From positions 43,348 to 107,347 of the forward strand of contig CAXHJY010001696.1 of assembly GCA_964016885.1 (NCBI GenBank): a stretch of 64,000 nucleotides of DNA, written 5' to 3'. The position numbers were made by a program, and so were the translations under genes. Position 1 is the stretch's first letter. Every line of letters begins with the position of its first letter. This DNA is from Eledone cirrhosa. Its lineage: Eukaryota. The notes under the pieces were generated by a model. The model worked only from the letters and a program-made list of their open reading frames with translations. It did not search any database and was not told the origin of the DNA. Positions 41,745 through 58,744 of the stretch are shown one piece after another.

Positions 41745-41846
41745 TGTGTGGTATGTTGGTGTCGAATTGACAGCTTTGTTAGACCGCCAGATAAAACACT
41801 GTATGGTATAAGACCCGGGTCTTTGAGCGTTCTGAGTTCAAATCCA
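41745..41846 (+). mobile_element. SINE head, degenerate
   Basis: aattgacagc..tgttaga...ttctgagttcaaatcc. Confidence 0.5.
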
Positions 41847-42064
41847 GACATATTTTCTACGACTTTCCTTACTAAGAGTAACTGATGAATAAAACATATT
41901 AAATCCTCCATTATTCCAAAAGACACATCAGCACCAATGACAGCAGTGCATTTAACTGCAATAACAACAATAACAACAATACGAACAACAATTGAAGCAG
42001 TAGCAACACCATCCCCCCCCCCCCACGTCCACTACCATCATTACCACAATATATGCTTTTATGT

Positions 42065-42097
<33 letters not shown>

Positions 42098-42236
42098 AAT
42101 ATATTTATATATATATTTATATATATATATTAATACATATATATATATAAATATATATATATATAAATATATATATATATTTATACATATATATATAAAT
42201 ATATATATATATATAAATGTATATATATAAATATAT

Positions 42237-42268
<32 letters not shown>

Positions 42269-42274
42269 TTATAC

Positions 42275-42305
<31 letters not shown>

Positions 42306-42394
42306 AATGTATATATATATATATATATATATATAAATATATTTATAAATGTATATATATATATATATATTATATATATATATACATTTAAATG

Positions 42395-42655
<261 letters not shown>

Positions 42656-43035
42656 TCATCTGTTATTACCCTCCAAACATTTGATGTGACAATTTTTATA
42701 TTTTTCAATCGATTTTCCCTTCATTCTTCTCGGCCATAACATTTTATTTCATAAGTCAACGTCTCGTTTTTATTACTTTTTAGACTTGTTTAGTCAGAAA
42801 AAACAAAATATTTTCTGATTTGTCATAAAGAAAAAAAAAAAAAAAAATGAATGAATTGTAAGTAAATAATAAGTCATTTCTAACATAGAACACTGGGTGT
42901 GTGTGGTGGTGTTGGTGGTGGAGTGAATTGAATGGATCTCCGTCGGTAGCAACGATGAATGTTCTGGTTCTTACAGCCAAGCGTACGAGGTACACTAAAG
43001 AAGTTTCAAGACATTTATCAGAGAAAGCGAGAGAT

Positions 43036-43119
<84 letters not shown>

Positions 43120-43124
<5 letters not shown>

Positions 43125-43400
43125 CATTTATTTAAGTCAGATCAATACAAAACCCTAGTCTCCCCCCTCAAAGTAAGATCTTCCAACTTCAATGTTCTTG
43201 TTGTAGCGTTCCAGCCACATCTGAAAAGCTCTCCCTGTTCGCTTATAGTCCCCCAAAGTGCAGGTGTCTAGGGCACTTGCCACAAGCTCCTTCTTTTCCA
43301 CCACATCCCCACAGCGCATGCGCCGAGTTTCAGCTTTCAGCTTTCAGCTTTGAGAACATCCCGAAGTCACATGGCGTTGAGGCTGGATTCGTACATTCAA
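43120..43400 (-). pseudogene. Decayed mariner transposase C-terminus
   Basis: Across frameshifts: NPASTPCDFGMFSKLK (compare YSPDLAPCDFWLFPKLK)...ELVASALDTCTLGDY...AFQMWLERYNKNIEVGRSYFEG. Confidence 0.7.
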
Positions 43401-44064
43401 CACAATTCTCAGGGGACTTCCAATGTGATGTAGTGTATGTGATAAGGCTGGCCCATTGAATTACTGGTACTGTAGCCAATCCGACATGGCCTCCAAACAG
43501 TTTCCGTCAACCCAATTTCACTCATATGGTTTTGCCCCGAGGCTATTTAAAATGACACGTGACCAAGATGTCACGCAAATATACATATATATATATACAC
43601 ATATGCATAAATACATACATACATATATACATACATACATATATACATACATATATACATACATACATATAAGAATACGTATATGTATACATACACACAC
43701 ACACACGCACATACATACACTCATACATACACTCATACATACATAAATACATACATACATATATACATACAAAAATACGTACAGGTATGCATGCATACAT
43801 ACATACACATACATACATACACATACATACACACACATACATACATATACACACATACATACATAAATACATACATACATATATGCATACACGCATACAC
43901 ACACACATACATATATACATTCATACATATGTATATGTAAATATAAATATTTTCTAAATATTTTTAAATATTAAATGAATAAAAAAAGTATATTTTGAAA
44001 GTAAATTTTTACGACAGGTAAGCTCAACCAGAATATGTGTGTGTGTGTGTGTGTGTGTCTGTGT

Positions 44065-44148
<84 letters not shown>

Positions 44149-44315
44149 TACACATGTCAGTTTATATATGGATATATATATGTGTGTGTGTTTGTGTGTA
44201 TTTTTTTTGCATTCTATACACTGTCACATCAAGGCAAAAGAAATGTTTAAATAGTATATACATATATTAAAACATTTATTTAAAAGCATATATACGTTTA
44301 AAAGTATATAGATGA

Positions 44316-44369
<54 letters not shown>

Positions 44370-44623
44370 ACAGGAAGAAAGAGACGATTATGAAAATATA
44401 TATACATATTTTTCTTCCTCATAATCGTCTCTTTCTCCCTGTTTTCATATATATATATATATATATTTATTTATATATATATATATTTATATATATTTTT
44501 ATATATATTATATAATATTTTTATATACATATATATATAATTTATATATATACTAATACATGAACATATATCCATGTATATATATGCATATGTTTATATA
44601 CAATATCTCTCTCCCTCTCCATA

Positions 44624-44675
<52 letters not shown>

Positions 44676-44904
44676 TATATGTGTGTATATGCATATGAAA
44701 GAGTATATGTCTGTATATGCATATGAGAGAGTATAATTGTGTATGTGTATGAATGTGTATGTTATTATCAAGTTAGTAGCTATAGACTTTTAAGGAATGA
44801 AGAGTAAAAAAGTGTTAGTTACTTGATAGTAAACACATAGGAGTAGAAAATGTAAACACCTGTGTATGTGTATATAAACATATCTATGTTATATATATAT
44901 ATAA

Positions 44905-44934
<30 letters not shown>

Positions 44935-44941
<7 letters not shown>

Positions 44942-45280
44942 TAAACAAATAATGAATAAAACAATGAAACAGTTCCTTATATTAAACAAAAAAAGTTCAT
45001 TATTTAACGATCGTTTCTAGGATATATATGTGTTAGAATTGGCATGCATATTCAACAGATCTATGTACAAAATTATACAAAATTATACAAACTATCAAGA
45101 TTAAATATACATACCAACACATATATACGCCGTCTTCAGAATTATCTTGACTCTGTATACCGTTTATCTTTCACCGAAAGTGATTTTTCATTACATCTCT
45201 TCTTTCCATGATATCCGGAATACATTGAGTTCTTCATACGGATTGGACACTACCGTAAACTCTTGGTAGATTTATCTACA
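44935..45280. mobile_element. Family F module: inverted long-helix-II hammerhead (44996-45142, -) fused to + strand 3' end
   Basis: Homologous to 22248-22455 and 23950-24087. The junction lies within the 5' strand of helix I. Confidence 0.8.
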
Positions 45281-45380
45281 TATATATATATATATATATA
45301 TATATAGATAGATAGATAGATAGATAGATATATGGGTATACACACACATATGTATACATACATGTATGTGTGTATAAATA

Positions 45381-45535
45381 AATTGTTTCTACATTTGGCA
45401 CAAGGCCAGCAACCAACCAGTACATGACTGGTACTTTATTTTATCGACCCCGTAAGGATGAAAGGCAAAGTTAACCTCAGCGGGATTTGAACTCAGACCA
45501 TAAAGGGCCGTAACTCTTTGCTGCAAATCATGGTG
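45381..45535 (-). mobile_element. tRNA-derived SINE
   Basis: Same family as 17350-17532. Confidence 0.8.
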
Positions 45536-45843
45536 TATAATAAGGAGTTGACGGACCCAGCATATTTATCAATGCCAGTACCGGTTGTATCTTAGCGTAC
45601 TCCATGGGCAATGTAAGGTACATTCCCAGAGTTTACACATAGTTTTCAACTATATATATATATATAATGTAGGAGGTGAGTTTTATTGTAGCACAATAAA
45701 GCAATGCAAATATCGGATAATTAGCACTCAACAGTTTATAAGACTGGAGTATAAATAATGTAAATTCAAAAGATGGTTAAAAGATTGGTGATTTAACACT
45801 TCACTGCTCGCAAGTGTTTTTTAAGCTTCATATCATGTCTCCC

Positions 45844-45914
45844 TATTTTATCTGATGAGAACGCAAATATCATCCCATGAGGATATTTATTTTTGAAATG
45901 CGCTAAATAAAATA
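45844..45914 (+). ncRNA. Family B hammerhead, cleavage site decayed
   Basis: tattttat-CTGATGA...GAAA-tgcgct-AA-ataaaata. Inverted 3' end at 45668-45785. Confidence 0.55.
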
Positions 45915-45972
45915 CATGGAACTCTTTTAACCATCTTTTGATTTTATATATATATATTTATATATGTATATA

Positions 45973-46050
<78 letters not shown>

Positions 46051-46702
46051 GATGTATGTATATGTAAATGTATATATATATGTATAGTACATATATACAT
46101 GTGTATGGGGATGGGAGGTTCTCTGGAATTACCTGCCTGGCTGTAAATAGACGAAATACATTTCCAGTAATGGCTGTTCTGATATTCTAACATTCTAACA
46201 TTCTCATATTCTCATATTCTGATTAATTCTTTGTTCTATGTTCTGTGTAGTGTGTAGTGTGTAGTGTGTAGTGTGTAGTGTATAGTGTGTAGTGTGTAGT
46301 AATGTATTGGTCCCCGGAAGGCATATCTAGATGTTGTGTGCAGGACTTTGTTCAACAGCAGCCGACTACACGCTGTTTAAACAAACTAACACACCCCTAT
46401 GTATACACACAAGCACATACATCCTGACATACCGATATGCATGCGCATACACATACAGACACACATACACACATACACATATATATATATGTATGTATAT
46501 ATATGTGTATATGTATATATACATATATATATACATATATATATACACATATATATATATGCATATATATATATATGTATGTATATGTATATACATATAT
46601 ATATATTCATATATATACATATATATATATATGCATATATATATATATATATGCATATATATATGCATATATATATATGCATGTATATATACATATATAT
46701 AT

Positions 46703-46743
<41 letters not shown>

Positions 46744-47450
46744 AGCATACATAGATATATATATATATGTATATATATACATGTATATATATATGCATAT
46801 ATATATATATATATATATTTAAGCATACATAGATATATATATGTATATATATATATATATAATAATTGTGTTTGTATATATGTATATATATGCATACATA
46901 TATTCCTATGTGTGTGCAAGTATACGACTGTGTGCATGTGTCTGCATATCTGTATGCATGTGTGCATGTGTGTGTGCATGTGTGTATGTGTGTATGTGTG
47001 CATGTGTGTATGTGTGCGTGGGTGTGTATGTGTGTGTGTGCATGTGTGTGCATGTGTGTATGTGTGTATGTGTGCATGTGTGTATGTGTGCGTGTGTGTG
47101 TGGGTGTGTATGTGTGTATGTGTATGTATGTGTGTGTGTGTATGTGTGCTATATATGTATATTCTCTCACCTTCAAAAGACATGAAGCAGTCTTCATGTC
47201 TTGTTTATCATTTTTGAATCATTGCAGTTAAAACAACAACAACACCAACAACAACAACTACTACAAGAACAACAACACCAACAACAACAACTAGTACATG
47301 AACAACCACACCACCACCACCGCAACCAACACCAGCAACACCTTCACCTTCAACACCTACAACAACTACAAGAACAACAACAACACCACCAACAACAGCA
47401 ATCCCACCACTACCTCTATTACTACCACCACCACCAAGAGAGGTGGGGAT

Positions 47451-47498
<48 letters not shown>

Positions 47499-47602
47499 TG
47501 AGAGAGAGAGAGTGAGAGAGAGAGAGAGAGAGTGAGTGATTCGGAGAGAGACAGAATGATAGAGCGAGAGTGATTGAGAGAGAGACAGACATACATAATG
47601 AT

Positions 47603-47657
<55 letters not shown>

Positions 47658-47864
47658 AAGAGAGAATGTTTGGTGTTTTATAATGAAATCATTCGTGAAT
47701 TACATCGGCAAAAGTTAGTGTTACGTTAATAACGAAGAAGTAACAAGATTCCTGTCTTTCCTTTATGTTGTCATCTGTCTGACAAAACACATCTGCTAGA
47801 AACACAACATTAAACTAAGCAGCCACGGCACTCCTACATATATACATAGTAAAGTATCGTATCG

Positions 47865-47923
<59 letters not shown>

Positions 47924-47953
47924 AACAAAAGATGGTTAAAAGAGTTCCATGTA

Positions 47954-48020
47954 TTTTATTATGCGCATTTCAAAAACAAATATCATCATGCAATAATATT
48001 TGTGTTTTCATCAGATAAAA
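47954..48020 (-). ncRNA. Type-I hammerhead ribozyme (family B)
   Basis: Minus strand: ttttat-CTGATGA-aaacacaaatattat...-GAAA-tgcgca-TA-ataaaa. The + strand 3' end is at 48095-48192. Confidence 0.8.
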
Positions 48021-48191
48021 CAGGAAGACATGATATGAAGGTTAAAAAACACTTGTGGATAGTGCAGTTTTAAATCAACATATCAATTTTAAATTAACAT
48101 ATTATGTATACTCCAGTCCTACAAACTGTAGAGTGCTTCTTATCCGATATCTGCATTGCTTTATTGTACTACAATAAAACTCACCTCCTAC

Positions 48192-48235
<44 letters not shown>

Positions 48236-48238
<3 letters not shown>

Positions 48239-48481
48239 ATAATAATAAATTTGAAGACTAAAATCCAAAGAGGGCTCAATAAGGATAAATATATATCAAA
48301 TATATAAGAACCGTAGAGCAAATATTTATTAAAATAACAGATTAAAGTTTAAGGAAAGAATCGCTGCTATCGCTGCTTTCACCCTTAACGGGATCTTGTG
48401 AAACTCAGAAACTGAGTTTCAGAAGATCCCGTTAAGGGTGAAAGCACTGATTCTTTGCTTAAACTTTAATCTGTTATTTTA

Positions 48482-48488
<7 letters not shown>
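48236..48488. mobile_element. Family E fold-back module; hammerhead motifs at 48346-48405 (-) and 48415-48465 (+)
   Basis: agttt-CAGAAGA-t ccc gttaa ggg t-GAAA-gca...tgc-TT-aaact, with centre ctcag-aaa-ctgag. Confidence 0.7.
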
Positions 48489-48536
<48 letters not shown>

Positions 48537-48544
48537 TATATTCA

Positions 48545-48625
48545 CAGTCTTGAGGTTGTGAGTTCGATTCCTGGAACGGGCGATGCGTTATGTCCTTGAG
48601 CAAGACACTTTATTCCACGTTTTCT
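48545..48625 (+). mobile_element. Second SINE family fragment
   Basis: B box gagttcgattcc followed by tgtccttgagcaagacactttatt. Confidence 0.65.
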
Positions 48626-48705
48626 CCTTCTACCTGGAGTTGTGACCAATAGATAGTATTAGAAAATTTAATATGGACGTAAGATATCTTACGTCCATAT
48701 TAAAT

Positions 48706-48778
48706 TTTCATTCTGATGAGCGATTTCAGACGTCTCTGTTGAGCCCGCCTGTTTTCGTGAAACCTTTGGTAAATGGAA
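48706..48778 (+). ncRNA. Type-I hammerhead ribozyme
   Basis: tttcatt-CTGATGA-gcga...tcgt-GAAA-cc ttt gg-TA-aatggaa. Preceded by a perfect palindrome at 48662-48709. 3' hairpin at 48814-48834. Confidence 0.8.
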
Positions 48779-48926
48779 TAAATGTCTTATGTTGTTTATT
48801 ACATAATTAAATAGCTCTGTAGCATACATAGAGCACTCACCCTTCCTTTACCCTTCCTACGGAAATATTTCATATATATATATATATATATATGAATATA
48901 TATATATATAATTACAACAGTGACAT

Positions 48927-48978
48927 AAACATGTACTCAAGTTTCGTAGGGTTCTGGGCCCCAATTCGTTCAGCCTGT
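48927..48978 (-). ncRNA. Hammerhead motif (family H)
   Basis: Minus strand: acagg-CTGAACGA-...-GAAA-cttgag-TA-catgt. Confidence 0.5.
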
Positions 48979-49034
48979 CATGAGTAAAATAAAAAACAAA
49001 GATCTTTATTTTTTTATTTTTCTTATTTTTCTCA

Positions 49035-49110
<76 letters not shown>

Positions 49111-49346
49111 CTTTTGCAAGGTTTTTCATATGAAATCGTGTGTTGAAACAAATATTGTTATATTTGGGGAGGGTCATATTGTTATAATATTGCCAGAAAT
49201 AATAACAACACACTCACTGTTTGGTTTGGGTTGGTTTTCGCTTCTGTATCTTTTATATCTCCATAGTTAATTTATCTGGCAATCAATGTTTATCATTGAT
49301 TAACCAACGGTTAAAAATACAGATATAAATATATATATATATAGTC

Positions 49347-49390
49347 TATCAAAGTTCTTTCATCACACATCTACAACATCATCAGTGGTA
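49347..49390 (-). ncRNA. Hammerhead motif (family G relative)
   Basis: Minus strand: tacca-CTGATGA-tgttgtagatgtgtgat-GAAA-gaac-TT-tgata. Confidence 0.6.
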
Positions 49391-49872
49391 CTATTATGTT
49401 TCCTCCCGTTGTATTGTAAAGTCTACGCCATTTTTATTTAATTAAATAAATTTTAAAACATAATATATTCTTTACAAATCAACTATAATTAACAGGAGTT
49501 TTGTGGTTACATACATACAGAGAGGATATACGTAAACACATCACTACTGTTACTAACGCCATTATCACCACCACCACCAGCACCACCACTAAACCAAGCA
49601 CCACCGCCACTCCCATACAAAACAGCACTGCCCACACCACCACCACCACCGCCGCTACAAAAAACACAGCCTCCACCACCACCACCACCACCACCACCAC
49701 CGACGCCAACCAATATATATATCGATGACGTCAAACACTGTCCACATAAAGTGTTCTTCTCAAGATTCACTGAACCGGAAGTAATTTGTTTAAAGTTAAG
49801 AAACTTCCGTGAAGAACAAAAATTTAAAATAAAAAATAAACGTAGAAAAAAATTGAAAGGTCAGATTTGTTT

Positions 49873-51807
<1,935 letters not shown>

Positions 51808-51808
<1 letters not shown>

Positions 51809-51996
51809 ACGTTATTCCGGGTTGAGTCGGAGGTAACCACAGTAAGTAAGGTACTCAATACACAGCAGAGTATACAAGTTTTAATATAGATGAGATTCTA
51901 CAGGACTAGAACTGTTTCATTCTTTAGAAATCATCAGGAATCTTGATGATTTCTAAAGAATGAAACAGTTCTAGCCCTGTAGAATCTCATCTATAT
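51808..51996. mobile_element. Family C fold-back module; intact hammerhead at 51893-51943 (-)
   Basis: Minus strand: agattc-CTGATGA-tttc taaa gaat-GAAA-cagttctagtcctg-TA-gaatct. The + arm starts at the core (51943). Confidence 0.85.
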
Positions 51997-52068
<72 letters not shown>

Positions 52069-52088
52069 TATATATACATACATATATG

Positions 52089-52156
<68 letters not shown>

Positions 52157-52442
52157 AATATGTATATGCATGTGAGTGTCAAGTTGTTTATATATAGTAA
52201 AAGCTGATGTTTTGATAGAAAGTTCAAGCCTACTTATGTTAAATGTTGTGTGGTTGTTGTGTGGTTGTTGTGTGGATGTTGTGTGGATCTGTGAATTGTT
52301 TGACATTTTTAATCATTTTATAACTGGAGTTGACTTAACATCTTGACATAAGTGTATATATGCTTATATATATATGTATAAGTATATATATGTCTATATA
52401 TATGTATAAGTATATATATATGTTTATATATATGTCTGTGTA

Positions 52443-52478
<36 letters not shown>

Positions 52479-52479
<1 letters not shown>

Positions 52480-52642
52480 ACAAAGGAATTGTGGTAAGGA
52501 ACCAGATGGACCATAACGCACCAGAGTACTCAATACTTAGGGCAGTAGAGTTTCGGTCGAGAGCTCAAGCCGTTTCGACGGCTATTTCTGGAAATAGCCG
52601 TCGAAACGGCTTGAGCTCTGCCGTCGGGGTCATACTTTTTCC

Positions 52643-52644
<2 letters not shown>
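52479..52644. mobile_element. Family D fold-back module
   Basis: gagctcaagccgtttcgacggctatttc-tg-gaaatagccgtcgaaacggcttgagctc is a perfect 28-bp palindrome. Confidence 0.75.
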
Positions 52645-52684
<40 letters not shown>

Positions 52685-52946
52685 CACATATATACATATA
52701 CATAATAAACCCAGGCATTCTGAAGGAATTCGTGACACATTAATTCATTACGCGCGTTTCAACAAATGGAATGCGAAGAATATGGCCGATGGAAGATTTC
52801 CATTAAGTTACATTCCAGTATATGGAAGGAGATCCCTAAACTGGGGTTCTAGCATAGAAGCAGAAACTTACCGTAACCCGATATTTTCTACACTACATCT
52901 GTATCTCTGGAGGTATTTAAATATATATATATATACATATATGTAT

Positions 52947-53003
<57 letters not shown>

Positions 53004-53153
53004 CATATATGTATACACGCACACACGCACACATATATGTATACACACACACACACACATATATCTATCTATCTATATATATATATGATGGCTGCCCCCT
53101 CGTTATCGAGTATGGCCATTGCACGAGGAGAAAGAAAGAAAATAAAAAAAAAA

Positions 53154-53184
<31 letters not shown>

Positions 53185-53215
53185 TAATAAATAAATAAAT
53201 AAAAATAAAAAAAAG

Positions 53216-53246
<31 letters not shown>

Positions 53247-53342
53247 CACATATACACACACACACACACACACTCACACACACATATACACACACATACA
53301 TTAATAACAATAATAATAATAACAACAACAATAATAATAACG

Positions 53343-53379
<37 letters not shown>

Positions 53380-53382
<3 letters not shown>

Positions 53383-53564
53383 AAAAGAGTCAGGACCCCG
53401 ACGGCTGAGCTCCGGCCGTTTCGACAGCTAGATCTAGCAGTAAAACGGCCGAAGCTCAGCCGTCGGGGTCCTGACTCTTTTCCTATTTCCCACTCTACTA
53501 CCTAAAGTATTGAGTACTCTGATGCGTTATGGTCCACCTGGTTCCTTACCAGACTTTCTTTGTT
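53380..53564. mobile_element. Family D fold-back module
   Basis: Arms centred on ctagatctag near 53434. Confidence 0.75.
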
Positions 53565-53640
53565 ATATATATATATGTGTGCTTTGTGGTCACCGATCTG
53601 TCCAGCTCGTTTGTCTGCCAGCTATCATGCATCTCGTATG

Positions 53641-53720
53641 TATTTTGTCTGAAGAGGACATGTTTTGCTTTATCTTATACATAAAACTTTACGTCTTCGA
53701 AATATATATATAATAAAATA
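53641..53720 (+). ncRNA. Type-I hammerhead ribozyme
   Basis: tattttgt-CTGAAGA-ggacatg...cgtcttc-GAAA-tatatata-TA-ataaaata. Confidence 0.75.
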
Positions 53721-53780
53721 GAGATGATATAAAGTATATATCTTCGTTTATTACTATTATTAGTATTATATATATATATA

Positions 53781-53890
53781 TAATTGTTTCTACTTTAGGC
53801 ACAAGGCCAGCAATCATCCCAATGCATTACTGGTACTTTATTTTATCGACCCCGTAAGGATGAAAGGCAAAGTTAACCTCGGCGGGACTA
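53781..53890 (-). mobile_element. SINE 3' half
   Basis: Same family as 17350-17532. Confidence 0.8.
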
Positions 53891-54929
53891 ATAATACTTA
53901 CCTGCATCTTGCTGCGTTTCACACTTTTTTTTCTGGTGGGGGGGGGGGGGGTATGAAAATGAGGATTGATTTTAAATCAGTGATATAATTTATGGAGAAA
54001 AAATAAAGAGAAATGTTAAGAAAGTAGAGGCATTAACTCATCATTTTTGTTGTCATAACTCTAGGGATGTTTTGCCATAGATAAAATGTCTAAATTAACC
54101 AAATTTTACTATAAAAGAGAGGTGGTTTTTTTTTGTTGATTTACGTTTAATTAATAGTAAAACCCCCGTGATATTAGAGGTTCCAATACTCAAGTTATGG
54201 GCTTCCAAAATGTTCACTATAGGGGGTTTAACCCCCATTAGGGTGTCTTAATATTATTGAAATTTGCTGAAATTTTGTGAATAGGCATCATATCTTGTCA
54301 TTTATCTATAAATCAAAGGGAAAAAAATTTCAGCGGGGGTTTGTGTCCCCGGGGAACCCTTTGATTAATAGATTCCGGCTGCCCAAATATCGGCGCTTCA
54401 GTTTAAATCTAGCTGCTGAAACGGCCGGAGCTCAGCCGTCGGGGTCCTGAATTTTTTCACATGTATATACATTTATATATATATATATATATATAGGAGA
54501 GAGAGAGAGAGAATTTGAACCTTTGGGGGTATTTAAATATATACATATATTAGCTTGCGACAACATGAGAGAGAGAAAGAGAGAGGAAGATAGATACATA
54601 GATAGATAGAGAGAGAGAGAGAGAGAGTAACTTAGAAGACAATTGAATACATACTTATATTGGCTTGCGATAACGAGAGAGATAGAGAGATAGATGGGAA
54701 GGAGAGAAAGAGAGAGATTTGTAATTTGGACGACATTTAAATGTGTACATACATTAACTGGCGAGAACGAGAGAGAGAGAGAACGAGCGAGATTTATAGC
54801 TTTGGAGACAATTAAATCTATACATATATTAGAGGGAGAGAAGGAGAGAGAGAAAGATTGAGATAAAAAGAAAGAGAATTTGTAATTTCGGAGACAATAA
54901 TATATGTACATATATTAGCCTTGCGATAA

Positions 54930-55012
<83 letters not shown>

Positions 55013-55367
55013 ACGTAGATAACAATCACATTTTGTTTAAGGCATTTAATTGGTAACGCTCGTTTCTTCCAGACATAGGTCTGGAATCATCGGAGCATAT
55101 AAAATGTTAAAACATATAAATTCCTAATCATTAGAATTATTAATTAAATTATTAGAATTCCTAATTATCTTACTGGGAACCGGGTAATACAAAATATTAC
55201 CCTTATCTATTATATATATAAGTATAACTATTACTATATATATATTTCAACGGTAAACAGAAATAACAACACAATCGGTACAGTATATGGAAGGAATATA
55301 TTAGGTTAACGCTTGAAATAGCAGGAAGAGGGTCTTAACGTTTCGGACGCTAGTCCTTTATATATAT

Positions 55368-55546
55368 GTATCGCAGGTTGAATCGGGAGTAACCAGAGTA
55401 AGTAAAGTTCTCAAGACATAGTAGAGTATATAATGTTTAATATAGAAATGGCTTCTACAGGACTAGAACTGTTTCATAAGTAGGAAATCATCAGGGCTTT
55501 CCTCATGATTTATTCAGAATGAAGCAGTTCTAGTCCTGTAGAAGCC

Positions 55547-55548
<2 letters not shown>
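55368..55548. mobile_element. Family C fold-back module, degenerate hammerheads
   Basis: ggcttctacaggactagaactg...cagttctagtcctgtagaagcc. Confidence 0.7.
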
Positions 55549-55588
<40 letters not shown>

Positions 55589-55606
55589 ATGTCTTTGTCT
55601 GTGTAG

Positions 55607-55637
<31 letters not shown>

Positions 55638-55655
55638 ATGTCTTTGTCTGTGTAG

Positions 55656-55702
<47 letters not shown>

Positions 55703-55719
55703 ATGTCTTTGTCTGTGTA

Positions 55720-55765
<46 letters not shown>

Positions 55766-56364
55766 ATGTCTTTGTCTGTGTAGTATATATGTATATATAT
55801 ATATATATAGTATATGTGTGTATATTTAAGATAGTTGTTGGCGGTGAATGGACTTATTGGAGCAATAACGGTTTTATTTACGTGTGTATATACATACATA
55901 TGTGTGTGTGTGGGTATGAGTGTGTTTGTGTGTGTGTGAGTGAGTGTGTTTGTGTGTGTATGAGCGTGTTTGTGTGTGTGTGAGAGTGAGTGAGTGTGTA
56001 TTCGTACACTGGTGTCCACCAAAGTTTGACAGCTAAATCGACTGCATTGAAATAATATATAGATGTAGCAGTGTGCATTTGCGCATCTTATTGTAATATA
56101 TATATATGTATATATATATATGAGTATATACTGTACACATATATATATGTGTGTGTGTGTTGCGTGTATATATATATATTTATTTATATATATATATATA
56201 GAGACACACACATATATATATATATATATATACATACACACATATATACATACATACATATATATATATGTGTGTGTGTGTAAAGTAAATACGCATATAT
56301 ATATGTATATATTTATATATATGTATATATACATACACACATCTACACAGACACACGCACAGAT

Positions 56365-56434
<70 letters not shown>

Positions 56435-56529
56435 CAAGACGTGTGCGCGGAATCTTTTCAATTAATATAAATCCAGCTAGCTGTTTAAGTGAAACATTTT
56501 AGAAAAGTCAACGGAACGGAATAAAAATG

Positions 56530-56730
56530 GACCTCCGCCACTATCGACGACGAGTGTCCCAGTTCGTTCAAACAGAGCAGTTTGCTCATGAAATTAACGT
56601 GTTAGTGACCGAGCACTCGAAAGACATGTATGAATTTAACGTAATTCTCAGGGAGATTCAGCATGACACAGTGTGTATTTGTGTGTTTGTGTGTGATAAG
56701 GTTTGACCCGATTCAATTACTGGTATAGTT
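56530..56730. mobile_element. Dispersed SINE-like repeat, diverged
   Basis: aattctcagggagattcagcatgacacagtgtg...gataaggtttgacccgattcaattactggta. Degenerate sister copy at about 43400-43472. Confidence 0.5.
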
Positions 56731-56769
56731 TTATTCAAACATGGCTGCAAAAAATGTTTCAATCTACCC

Positions 56770-56995
56770 AATTTCACTTATTCTGGTTTGTTATTTGACT
56801 GCGGCCATGCTGGGGCACCGCATTCTTTTACTGGTTTCAGTCATTAGACTGCGGCCATGCTGGGGCACCGCATTCTTTTACTGGTTTCAGTCATTAGACT
56901 GCGGCCATGCTGTAGCACCAGACTTCAGTCATTAGACTGTGGCCATACTGAAGCACCACACCACACCTCAGTCATTAGACAGCGGCCAGGCCGAG
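56770..56995 (-). repeat. Tandem array of a SINE-tail-like unit (tttcagtcattagactgcggccatgctggggcaccgc)
   Basis: 5 progressively degenerate units. Confidence 0.7.
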
Positions 56996-57131
56996 GCAAT
57001 CCGTCTATTCACACTCACACACAGAGACACATACACACACACACACACACACGAACAGAGACGCAGACAGACAGATACACACACACATAGAGAGACACAG
57101 ACACAGACAGACATAGAGACACACACACACA

Positions 57132-57182
<51 letters not shown>

Positions 57183-57197
57183 TTACGTGCGTGTATA

Positions 57198-57250
<53 letters not shown>

Positions 57251-57261
57251 GTATGTTTATA

Positions 57262-57325
<64 letters not shown>

Positions 57326-57330
57326 TTATA

Positions 57331-57394
<64 letters not shown>

Positions 57395-58168
57395 GTTTAT
57401 ACACAATATATATATATATACAGTAGCTATCAGCTGGATGTAGTTACCATGTCTATATATAGTCAGGAAGATGAGGGTAGACTGTAATGTGGAGATTAGG
57501 GGGCTACAGGAATAGGGAGTAATTAGAGAGGGGAGAAGAGTAGGGGTCACAGGAAGGGGGGGGGGGGGCACTGTTTAATTATAACAGTCTGTGGGGGTGG
57601 GGGTAGCGGTGGGGTGGGGTGGGTTGTCTGGTGGTGGTGGTTGTAGTGGAGATTTTGTTGGTGGTAGTAGTAAGGGCAATAGCAACACCAGCAGCATCAC
57701 AACCATCACAACCGCTGCCACAACCACCACCACCACCACCACCACCACTAACATCATCATCATCATCATCATCATGACAAGAATGCAATGTAGGTACTTC
57801 TCCAGCATTTAGGTACTTCCTCAAAAATCTAGGCCAGCTTATATCTATTACCTTTCTTACCTATGTCATGTAATTTACCTGGACTACACTCGCACACACA
57901 CTCACACACACACACACTCACACACATACACATACACAAACACTCACACACTCACATACACACTCACACACACACTCACACACACACACACTCACACACA
58001 TACACATACACAAACACTCACACACTCACATACACACTCACACACACACTCACACACACACACACTCACACATACACACTCACACACACACTCACACACA
58101 CACACACTCACACACACACACACTCACACTCACAGAGACACTCACACACACACACACTCCATATATTA

Positions 58169-58212
<44 letters not shown>

Positions 58213-58524
58213 GATATATATATATATATATAATATGGTATATATATATAATATGATATATATAAATATATATAATATGATATAAATATATATATATATG
58301 ATATGATATAAATATATATATATATATAATATGATATATATATATAATATGATATATATATATATATATAATATGGTATATATATATAATATGATATATA
58401 TAAATATATATAATATGATATAAATATATATATATATGATATGATATAAATATATATATATATATAATATGATATATATATATAATATGATATATATATA
58501 TAATATGATATATATATATATATA

Positions 58525-58620
58525 AATTGTTTCTACTTTTGGCACAAGGCCAGCAATTATCTCAGTGTATTACTGGTACTTTATTTTATCGACCCCGTAA
58601 GGATGAAAGGCAAAGTCAAT
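58525..58620 (-). mobile_element. SINE 3' half
   Basis: Same family as 17350-17532. Confidence 0.8.
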
Positions 58621-58713
58621 CATAAATATATATGTATATATATATATATATATGTAAATATATATATATAATTCTAGGTGTGATATTCCTGTGTCTATTC
58701 ATTTGCTTATATG

Positions 58714-58742
<29 letters not shown>

Positions 58743-58744
<2 letters not shown>

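Noticed and set aside
53950-54400. Possible old DNA-transposon fragment
   Set aside because: No TIR pair or transposase motif was identified.
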